Below, piece after piece: positions 16,301 to 35,427 of a stretch of 59,306 bases of DNA. Within the stretch, counting starts at the first letter, position 1. Each line of letters opens with the position of its first letter. This DNA comes from Ylistrum balloti (Eukaryota). Under the pieces are notes generated by a model, which worked only from the letters and a program-made list of their open reading frames with translations, searched no databases and was not told the origin of the DNA. The position numbers and the translations under genes are program-made. The stretch spans positions 186,001 through 245,306 of the forward strand of contig NW_026783057.1 of assembly GCF_031769215.1 (NCBI RefSeq). The letters run 5' to 3'.

Positions 16301-18732
16301 CACAATATATTTTTACCACTTTTGTAAAAACAACACATACCTCAGTCGCTGTCACTCAACATATATTTGCCACTTTCATCATTGTCAATATTACAAAAAA
16401 CAACATAAAACTCCAATAAAGTCTTTGCATATATCCTTCCACTCCTACAAATAAAATCAAAACAAACTAATTGTTTGTTACTCCATATAGTGTGGTCACT
16501 CCTACACAAATAACGAGAAACCTCAATGGCTGTCACTCCACATACTGTTGCCCTTTCCTACAACAACATAAAACCTCAATGATACCTGACCCCTAAACAC
16601 TTTAAACATTTGCGAATCCATATGTACTCTAAGTAGCTGTCAATCTACAACTACCACTTCTTCACTCCCCCGTTACACATTTATCACATTTGTTAGCATT
16701 GTAAAGCTTTGTAATGCTACCTTTTCAATCTTGCCATGCACTTCTTGTGTCACACACAGGGAATTACTAGAATGGTTTTGGAAAGTAGAATCTATGATAT
16801 TGAAGTGTAACATTTTAATCATGGTCAGATTGAAGAAAAATATGATTAGATTCTCCATAAAAAATCTGTTATGTTTGTGATGTTAATATGTTTATCTTTT
16901 CAATTCCTATGAATATCCCTCCCCTACCTGAGCAGATTTCATTGCCTCACGGAGCACACCACCAAAGGCACCATGGTTGATAAATGTACAGTCTTCCTGT
17001 GGACAAAGCATGACTAAACATTAAACATAAAACCAAACCTATATTAAAACATCAGTCAAATCATGAAAAACCAATTATGAAATATTACCTTTAAATCCTT
17101 TAAAATACTAACTATGGCAGCCCAAGACAAGAACAAGGGATTGATAACCCCAATTGAAATTTCTTGATTTTTTAATTGTAATTTCTCTTCTCCAACATCC
17201 ATACACACAATCGAAATGGACATAGATAAATTCAAGGCAAAGATGTATTTTCGAATACTGATTTCATTAATATATAACCAAAACAGATTGGTTGTCATGT
17301 ATACCTCTAGAAGGAAATGTTTGCGACGGCAGGAGTGTCCAGTTTCCAACTGACAGTCTGTGAATCTTGGAACAGGGATCGGGAAAGCAGGAGGCTGGTA
17401 CTCTGCCTGGTAAACAAGAAATGGATGAGGAAACTATACAGGTCTATAATGACTTTTAGGCAGCAACATAAAAGAAATATGGAACGATGCATGTACTCAG
17501 CTGAAAATAAAAACATAACTTTGCCTGACAAACAAGTAATATGGTAAAAAAGATTATCTGGTACAAAAGAAGTTTTGAGACTTACTGTCACATATTCAGT
17601 TTATATCAAACTGGTACCTGAGGACAAGTTAGGAGTCTGGAGTTAAAGAGTAATAGCAACGAGTCTCGATGGTTGTTGAGAGTCATAAGTCATAAGGGAA
17701 TGTACCAGAACAAGCTAAGAGTCTGGATAGAGAGCCAGAGGACAGGATAGGGTCTAGAGAGAAGGTCAGAAGACAAGTTAGGAATATGGAGGGAAGGTCA
17801 GAGCACAAGCTAAGAGTATGGAGGAAAGGCCAATTAATGGTCAAGTTTGGGGTCTAAAAGAAAGGTCAGACAACAATCCAGGAAGTCTTGAGGAAAATTT
17901 GGTGTGCATGGAGGGAAGGTCAGAGGGCAAGCTAGAAGTCTTGAGGCAAGAGCAAAGGACAGGCTTGGAGTCAGGAGGAAAAGTAAGATAACAAACAAGA
18001 AGTAAGGTGGGAAGGTCAGACAACAAGTCAGGAGTCAGGAAGGAAGGTCAAGGAACAATCTAGAAGTCTGGAGGGAAGGTCAAAGGGCAAAGCTAGAAGT
18101 CTAGTGGCAAGGTCAGAGAACAAGCTAGAAGTCTGGAGGGAAAAGTCAGAGGACAGGTTAGGAGACAGGAGGGAAGATCAAAGGAAAAACTAGGAGGCTG
18201 TGGGGAAAGTCAAAGAACAAGTTAGGAGTCTTGAAGCAAATCTGGAGGGAAGATCATTTAGACAAGCAAGGAGTGTGGAGGGAAGGTCAAAGAACTAGTG
18301 ATAGGTCGAGTAGGAAGCCTGGGAAGAGAAGGTCAGCTCATTTGATTTTGTTGTGTTAACGTCTGAAAATAAAATGTTTCAAATATCCAGCTTTATCATT
18401 CATATAGAGCTAACACTTCTTTTATGGTTTGTTCTTAGTTTACATGTATTCTAATTATAGTAAAATATCATAAGATGAACATTTGCCTTGACAACTGGAG
18501 ATATTGCAAAATATACACTTGTACATAAAGTTTAAAGCCTTCACACTTTCATTTAACACTTTATAACCATTTTAATAAAGTACAGCTTAAGCAAATAATA
18601 GCTACAGTATAAGTGAGAGTTACATTTTGTATATCTGAGTGAAATTTATGGTGTTACCTCTGGGAGACCTAACAGCTCCTGAACATTGGAAGCATGGAAT
18701 GACCCAAAGTCCCGTTTACTGTTTTTCTGCAT
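7381..18732 (-). CDS. Class-V PLP-dependent enzyme, L-cysteine desulfhydrase / isopenicillin N epimerase (CefD) / hercynylcysteine sulfoxide lyase (Egt2)-like, about 456 aa, 12 coding exons
   Basis: Exons (minus strand): 18732-18658, 17406-17305, 16996-16928, 16160-16061, 15146-15030, 14271-14177, 13896-13775, 13057-12834, 10660-10550, 10207-10151, 7830-7718, 7566-7381. Total 1371 nt, all GT-AG, phases consistent. Motifs: [51 protein letters not shown] (PLP lysine), RLSCHIYN. The start codon is uncertain: a possible tiny upstream exon ATGAAA|GTAAGC at 19121-19116 would add MKVK. Confidence 0.9.
9088..9625 (+). mobile_element. Helentron/HINE (DINE-1-like) non-autonomous element with about 3 x 156-bp core repeats
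   Basis: The 5' end is TTTTAG plus hairpin CCCACCATC-ATCA-GATGGTGGG (9095-9116), followed by a GTCC microsatellite. The TTGTTAC anchor then recurs at 9168, 9324 and 9480 (156-bp period). This architecture is typical of HINE elements. Confidence 0.7.
9719..9743. repeat. Poly-C homopolymer (25 nt)
   Basis: Direct count of the C run. Confidence 0.9.
10960..12335 (-). mobile_element. Cluster of adjacent or nested HINE-like elements with about 155-bp core repeats
   Basis: On the minus strand, HINE-type 5' ends read TTATTAGCTCATCTGG...GTGAGCT (about 11395) and TTATTAGGTCCCAGC...GTCTGTATGTCTG (about 12330). The core motif CAAGCATGCTTCAGACC recurs at about 11463, 11632 and 11787. Boundaries are approximate. 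Confidence 0.55.
11569..11616. mobile_element. 34-bp perfect palindrome (11576-11609) flanked by 7-bp direct repeat ATAGAAC; miniature foldback insertion
   Basis: CACGGACTTATATACAT|ATGTATATAAGTCCGTG with ATAGAAC at 11569-11575 and 11610-11616. It is absent from the neighbouring core-repeat unit. Confidence 0.7.
14450..14740 (-). mobile_element. HINE-like element fragment
   Basis: Shares CATCCAAGCATGCTTCAGAC with the 11.4-11.8 kb repeats. The minus-strand 5' end reads TTATTTTAGCTCACCTGATCC. Confidence 0.5.
15770..16050. repeat. Degenerate short-period minisatellite (TGACCTCTACA(G/A)TGT-like); related copies at about 14880-14980
   Basis: The TGACCTCT/TGACC motif recurs roughly every 18-20 bp. 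Confidence 0.5.
16121..16580 (-). repeat. About 54-bp degenerate tandem repeat (about 8 units) derived from the acceptor and 5' part of PLP-enzyme exon 4
   Basis: The minus-strand unit is TTTTTACAG|GAGTGGCAAATGTATGTGGAGAGACAGCCACTGAGG. AG|G junctions give exon starts at 16160, 16214 and 16268. Confidence 0.8.
17620..18330. repeat. Purine-rich about 32-bp minisatellite (about 20 degenerate units)
   Basis: The consensus is approximately GAAGTCTGGAGGGAAGGTCAGAGGACAAGCTA. GGTCA anchors are 32-33 bp apart (e.g. ends at 18050, 18082, 18115, 18148). Confidence 0.8.
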
Positions 18733-19879
18733 CTTTACCTAAATTAAAAAGAAAAAAAATGATTCTCCATAATAAATATTAATGAATTATTCTATTGAAT
18801 TAACAGATCTTTGCAAGATCCCAGGGATGTTTACTTCTTTCTTGTCTATCCCCCACACACACACAAAGGCCCCACATCCTTCGCTAATCACTTCGGTTCT
18901 CAGAGAGACTAGGACGTTCTTAGTTTCGATTATTTAAAAGCATATAGAGTATTCATCGTCACATGTATGAAAACAACAGTCATGTGATGAAATTATTGCA
19001 AACAATATATCGTAATAAGTAAACCTGTCATCTACATTACCTTATTAAATCCCTGCAACACCAAATAGTTCACACGTATTTACATAATATTTACATAGTC
19101 ACGTGTACCGCTTACTTTCATTTTCTGGTTGTGCAGATGTTAGTGATCAGTGACCTCCACTGACAACAAAGCGAAAGTAAGCTACACACGCGGTGGCACA
19201 CGCCACCTATGCTAATTTATCGTACTTATGTTTACACAGGTAAGAGATACTCAGGTAGCACATTGTCTTGTAGATATCAGAATAGTGTATCATTTTAAAA
19301 GTAGCCTATCTCATATCTCTCAACAGGATGTAGTTATAACTAGATCCGGTTTGAAGTGTCGAGCACATTGTACTGGGTACTTGTTCATCCTATATTTACT
19401 TTCTCAGAACCGGATCTAGAACATCTGATTAACATATAAAGTGTAACGGATGTTTTTACGTTAGACAGTGGCGACTTGCAACAGAGAAACAGCGATTCGA
19501 ACATAAGGGAAGACAGTTATAACTATTGGTAAGACAAAATGATACTTATTAAACTGCATGCTCGTTTATAATAGGTTCTACTAGATTATTTAATTACTTT
19601 AATGTACAGTGTCTATAATACATATACAATGTTTTGTATTTCTATCTTAGTATTCCTTACCACTATAGTCTTTGTTGTGTTTGTTTTACATATACAAGTA
19701 CATGTATGTTACATTTATTTATGTTTATTTCATGTCTACAATTAGTTTACAATGTTTGAGAAGTTTTAGTATACAGGTGAACAAGTTCAACATGAAGTTC
19801 ATTAAGTGTTCTAATTAATTATCAGACCATCGTATAAAAGTACCTGTGTGTCATATATATAGTACAGAATTTCTTATAA

Positions 19880-20270
19880 GCTATTATACTCAACACTCGT
19901 CAGAACCCATTTGGATTTCACCAGTTCAATTTGGTCACCTGTCAAAATCAAGGATATCGAGAGGATAGACGGTGTGCAGAAGAGGGTAACAAAGCAGATT
20001 CCTGGAATGAAAAACCAAACTTATTAGGAAAGAGTAAAAGCACTAGACTTGCCAATGCTCACATTTTGTTGGATAAGGGGAGATATGGTGGAGACATACA
20101 AGATAATGAGTGGTATACATGATAAAGTCACAAATAATATTTTCACACCATGGAATAAAGTCACAGAAAGAAGCAGCTCGAAAACATTTCAAACAAAATA
20201 TACCCACAAATAGCCAAAACAAATCTTAGGAAGATCTTCTACCACAGATTATGGAAGGTGTGGAACAGAT
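19880..20270 (+). mobile_element. CR1-clade LINE 3' fragment (decayed)
   Basis: Translates with a stop as IERIDGVQKRVTKQIPGMKNQTY*ERVKALDLP...RGDMVETYKI, matching the CR1 ORF2 C-terminus. Confidence 0.7.
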
Positions 20271-20574
20271 ACAGAACCTGGTAGGTACAGGAAGCCTGGG
20301 TACAGAACCTGGTAGATACAGAGAGCCTGGTTACAGACCCAGCAATCTGTACAAATAGGACTGTGATGGTTCTATCTGGAAGTCAGTTGAACCAGAAAGC
20401 TGGGGTGTGTGTTACCAATGTATTTTGGAACTGTAGCTGTGGTACTTATACTTTACTGTTGGATTTGATACACTTTGAAGCTTTGTCAGCATGTTTTTTT
20501 TCAATCTACTCGCAGACCCACATTTATTTATGTAAGAAGTTGTATGCACCACCCATCATCAAGACATAATAGTA

Positions 20575-22275
20575 AGAATAAGACCAAACAAGGAGTCAGC
20601 AATCTATGCAGGGATCCAGCAGATAGAAAATCAGAAACATCAGGAAATGATGAGGAGAAGGCAGATATACTAGCAGAATTCTTCAGTAGTGTCCTTACGA
20701 AAGAACCACAAGACACAGTTTCGAAAGAGAACAGAAAATTTAACACGGAAAGAAGTAGAAATCACAGATTATAACATTATCAAAGCCTTAAATGCCCTGG
20801 AACCTGGTAAGTCACCAGGGATCAACAATATGCAGCCTAGAGTACTTGCGTGAGGAACTGTCCTAGCCACTAGGTATAATATTCAGGAAGTCATTAAAAG
20901 AGGGAATAGTACCCATAAAATGGAAAAAAGCAAGAATTACAGCCATCTACAAAAAGAGGAATAAAGCCTTAGCAAGAAATTACAGGCCTAACTTCAGCGG
21001 TTTGCAAGACTATGGAAAGAATATTATGGGATCAGATTATGGAACACCTCATAAGTAACAACTTAATCTCACCTAAACAGTATAAATTCATCCCAGGACG
21101 CTCAACTTGCCTGCAGTTACTTAAGGTTCTGGATGATTGGACAGAAGCTATGGACCAGGGATATGCAATCGATTGTAAGCACATGGCATAGGAGAAGAAC
21201 TCACAAACTGGATAGAACACTACTTAGTGAGAGGAAACAGCAAGTGTCGGTAAATGGATCTGCCTCTAAATGGCATGAAGTACATTCAGGAATTCCACTG
21301 GGGTCCGTTCTGGGGCCGGATCTTTTCGTGATATTCAGCAATGATATATCGGAAATGGTGGATTCAAATGTATTCTTGTTTTCAGATGACACAAAAATAT
21401 ATAGAGTTAATATACGTATCTACAAATAGATGAATAGACTGTGTGTCTAGCTTTTACAATTTAAAAGATTACGAACCCACAATATTGGAAGAAGAATAAT
21501 AATAATAAGAAACATAACAAAAACAATAGGTTTTTTCACCAGTTAGTGAAAAGCCCTAATAAGAGATAGGGATGGTAACGTCATACTACAGAATGACCTA
21601 CGCAAACTAATGTATTGGAGTGAAACATGGTTACTGAAATTCCACCCTGAAAAGTGAAAGTTAATGCATATTGGGAAAAAGGGTGGAGAAGATGAATACC
21701 AGAATTCACTACAGGGCATAAATCTGGAGAATGTGGATCATGAAAAGGACATCGGAGTCAGAATCGACAGCCAGTCATGATACGGAGAATTTTCCAGCAT
21801 TTAGACGAGTCATCCTTCCTCCCCCTATATAAAACATTAGTGAGAACATACCTTGATTATGCTAGCTCAGTGTGGTTTCGGTACAAATCATACCACATGA
21901 ACCTCACAGAGGGAGTTCAAAGAAGGGCAAACTAGCAGTTACCAGGATACAATAACTTAACATACGAGGACCAATTACAGAAACTTAAGCAACCCACCCT
22001 GAAATATAGAAAAAGTCGAGGTGATATGATTGAAGTTTACAAGATCTTGAGCAGTATGGAATCTGGGAACTTCATCAAATTGGGAAATTGATAACGTTCA
22101 GAGAGCGCAAGGACGTGGGAACTCAAAAAAGATATATATGTGCAAAGATCCAGGCTAAACATCGTGAAACACAGCTTCAGTGTGAGGACCGCAAAACTAT
22201 GGAACAGCCTACCAGAAAGAGTTGTGAATGCCAGTAGCATCAATGCCTTTAAGAATAGACTGGACAACATTTGAA
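20575..22275 (+). mobile_element. CR1-clade LINE ORF2 relic (reverse transcriptase, frameshifted, 5'-truncated)
   Basis: Segments EKADILAEFFSSVLTKE, SGIPLGSVLGPDLF, FSDDTKIYR, WLLKFHPEK, RGDMIEVYKIL and FSVRTAKLWNSLPERVVNASSINAFKNRLD are spread over several frames with stops. Confidence 0.9.
21412..21560 (-). mobile_element. Small non-autonomous element inserted into the CR1 RT
   Basis: It interrupts the RT immediately after DDTKIYRV. It carries a terminal hairpin TTTTCAC-CAGTTA-GTGAAAA (21533-21552) and an AAT microsatellite. Confidence 0.55.
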
Positions 22276-22590
22276 ATGTTCAAGAAGTATTGTATGACTT
22301 CAAGGTGGATTTTGTATTAGACACTACCGGTCATAGATATGATAACACTAATGAGTCCATAATAGGACTTTTAAGGACCTGTGTTGGAAAAAATATAAGC
22401 ATATGCATAAACTATATAAGACGAGCAATAGATATTGATTAAAGACACTGGAATGATATATTCTTAGTCCAACAGACGAACATCATTGAATAATTACAGT
22501 GATACAAGCCTCATTATTATCACAGACATACAAACAATAGAACTTGAGCACATCTTATTTCACTTATTTGTATTTAAAAACCCCGACAGA

Positions 22591-32105
<9,515 letters not shown>

Positions 32106-34696
32106 AATTGGATTTGATTTTACTGTTTGTCGAAGATAAGTTTTAACGCCACTTCTTTGATGCAGCGAAATACATGGTAGAATATATTGCATATCTAGTC
32201 TATACTTCATACACGTGTGCGAGCGATTGGTAACCTCTGTAAGCCCATTTAAGCCCGATTAATCCCCTAGAGAACTTAGGGGAGACATACGGAAGCCATA
32301 GTATGGAGTCCTTGTGGACACAGTTTAGCTGTGGTCGAGCCTTGCTGGGCGTCAGTGTGAGCTTAGTTAGATCGTTGGTGAATATGATAGCTAATTAGTT
32401 GTGGACTCTGATGAGGCATATGTTTGTTAAAAATCACAATCAGATGAACTACTTACTATGTAATCATAATTTTGTGCTGCCTCAGAATTATTCGAATAGA
32501 ATATTATTCAGACTCAATACTTGGTATTCTGTCAATTGTTGACATACGAATGTAACCTTGTTGACATATCCGAACGATTTTTTTAATACTAATCAGAATT
32601 TGACGTGTCTTGCCATCATATTATCATATTACACAAGACATTAAATTTATCTTAATCACATCATAGTGGTTAATACTGTATGAATTGATTAGTGGTCACA
32701 AAAAATTGTGGTATGTCGATTAATACCCATTGGAATGCATTCTAGTTGTGTTATACACTAGTTGTTTGTATTGCTGTCAATCAGAATGGTCAAAGGTGAT
32801 TCCATAATGATGTTGTTTCCGAAATCAATTCATGTATTGCTACTCATTACAATAAAATCAGCAAAGAAAGAACGATCTATTTTAATTCATACGCAAATGA
32901 ATACAGAGCAAAGCATTAATAAAAGAAAGATTTACTGGGATACTCATGAAGAAGTACAATGATAATAACATCAGGCTCCTGGACCATGAAAGAATCTGTC
33001 TTATGTTTTGATTTAACCAGTCACAAATTACGTCACAAAATTATCATCTGTGATTGGCAAATCTGAAACTCTAGCCTGACACTGTTTCACAATACTGAAG
33101 CCATGTGTTCCGAAAGGTTTCATCGACGACACCCGACAGTAGATGTTGTCAGTCAGTAAATTAATGGGTACTGTTTATTACATCATGGATTTTAAATTTC
33201 CACTCGCTTGCCATCCGGATATCACAATTTCTGAGACATACATAATCGTTTATTACGTCTTTAAGACTTTATTAAATCTAACCAGTCTTTCTAAATGTCT
33301 ATACCAGAGTTTGATTTACTTATGATCAATAATTTATCATCAGTCGTTCCGGTGCGATGTAAACAGGAAAATCCTAGTCCTCGTGTTTAAGTGTCTGTCA
33401 CTGAAGTGAAGACGTCTCGACTTATGTGTAGCAAAATAGATTTTATTATCACAGAGCTTCTGGGCTCATTTTAAGCCTGTACCTTGGGTTTTTTCTGGAG
33501 AAAATTCGTCGTTTTTGACCCATTCCCTTAACATTTAATATTAGAATATTTGAAATTGATCACGTTGTTTGTGGTCTAACTTTATCCAAGTTTGTAGTAT
33601 TATTTTTACTTTATTCTATTAAACCTTCAAATTTCATTACTGCTGTCAATTTAGAGTTGACTATTTGTCTGCTTTATGCTTGTACTACATTTAAAGTATA
33701 TCGTAATTTTGAGTCTCTGAACTGACAATTTTGTTTGACGCACATAGATTCCAGTAATAAGGCATACATAATTCTTATCAAAACAAAGTAAGTACAATTT
33801 TATATCAAAGCACAATTGTTGGTAAATAGAAGAATGTATAATGACATATTAAACCAATTTCAACCCGCAACAAATACATGAAGTTACTGACAAAACTTCA
33901 AAACCATGGTTTTGTTTTATCATTAGAATTCAGTTCGAGATACTGAATATAAAACCAATATACATATAAATTATACTTCATAAAAATAGTTCATTATGTG
34001 TTGTAAATATTGTATATCATTATAAAAATATTGATGAAAATAGCAGAATGATATTTTCACTTCCGTCATATATATGGTAGCATGTTTCTGCCATCCAATT
34101 ATTTACAGTCGCATTAACGTTACATGACTTAAGAAACTGAATTATTGCCAAACGAATGGAATGTTTGGCCAAAAGTATGCCCACGTGTCGATATACTTAT
34201 CATGAAGTGTCGTTTTAAATTATCACGATGTTGACCAAATAATTTAACTTTAATTAATAATCATCTTGTAATAATTATCAGAGAAAATCGTGTTACGAAA
34301 GTCAACGTAACATAACTGAGATATATACAACCATACACAACCAGCTAATATTCATATCAAGCTACTTGGGATTTCTTTCACACTGTAAAAATATTGAATT
34401 CATGTATATTTGAATTTCTTTCATTCAAGTGATATTTACTCCTAACCTTGAAATGTTCCCCTCTAAACAACATACAGGACAATGAACGCAGAATCTATAC
34501 CTAGACCTATTGCACTGTTTATTGATGCAAATATCATTTTATTCGTTCAAGCAAGAAATTTAGATAGGCTTATCCACAGGTTTGAAAAACACCGCGTTAA
34601 AAGCATTGTCATACTAACGAATCCAATGTACTATGAGTATAGTGGAAAGTTTGGAGCTTCATATCAGTGTGCCAATATATTGATATCACACATAAC

Positions 34697-34870
34697 TTAC
34701 ATTGGCTTGTTTGCTACCAGTGGGACATCCTCAGTACCAGACTGAGACCGATATCTCACCTGTTGAGCATCGGCTGAGGTAGGGTGAGATAACACACCCT
34801 GCTCAGGTGGCCCCAGGTGGCATTGCCCACGAGCATAGTGGTCATGTATGGAATGCCACAGATAAATGAA
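34697..34870 (-). pseudogene. Relic third innexin 3' end (C-terminal coding piece plus homologous 3' UTR)
   Basis: Open frame FIYLWHSIHDHYARGQCHLGPPEQGVLSHPTSADAQQVRYRSQSGTEDVPLVANKPM*, homologous to the tails of both innexins. There is no in-frame splice acceptor or upstream exon. Homology with the first innexin's 3' flank extends toward about 34540. Confidence 0.7.
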
Positions 34871-35427
34871 CGAAAATAAGCATATTCAAACAGACATAAC
34901 CCGCAACAAATATGTGTAAATTTAAACAACTATAAAACTGCGATTTTGTCGTTTATTACAATCCTGCTCGTGGGATCCAGTATAAAATAAACATTCAAAA
35001 TAGTTATAGATATTATAATGAATGCCAATAAATCATATATTCTAAATATTTTAAACTATGTTGTAAATAATGTATTTCGATATAAAAATATAAATGAAAA
35101 TTAGATAGAAAAGATAGATATACATTTCTTTCAACTGATGTTTTCACATGTTGAGTGCTAATAATCTTTGAAGTGTATATTCTGAACCACATACACGACA
35201 GTGGACCCATAATCTATACCTAGGCATATTGCACCGTTCATTGATGTATACACGATTTTATTCGTTCCCGTTCCAAGTACGGAACCATGTCGAAATATTC
35301 AATCATCTTCGATATATTACATCAAATCTAATACATTATGACTACAGTGGTCGTTATGGAGTTTTACAGCGATGGCAATATAGGTGTGCCGATATAATGC
35401 TATCATATCACACACGACTGACATTGG

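Noticed and set aside
7381-18732. Assignment as NFS1 cysteine desulfurase, selenocysteine lyase or kynureninase
   Set aside because: It lacks the SSGSAC persulfide loop and kynureninase-type motifs. NHGAFG and SNAHKW fit the LCD/CefD/Egt2 subgroup.
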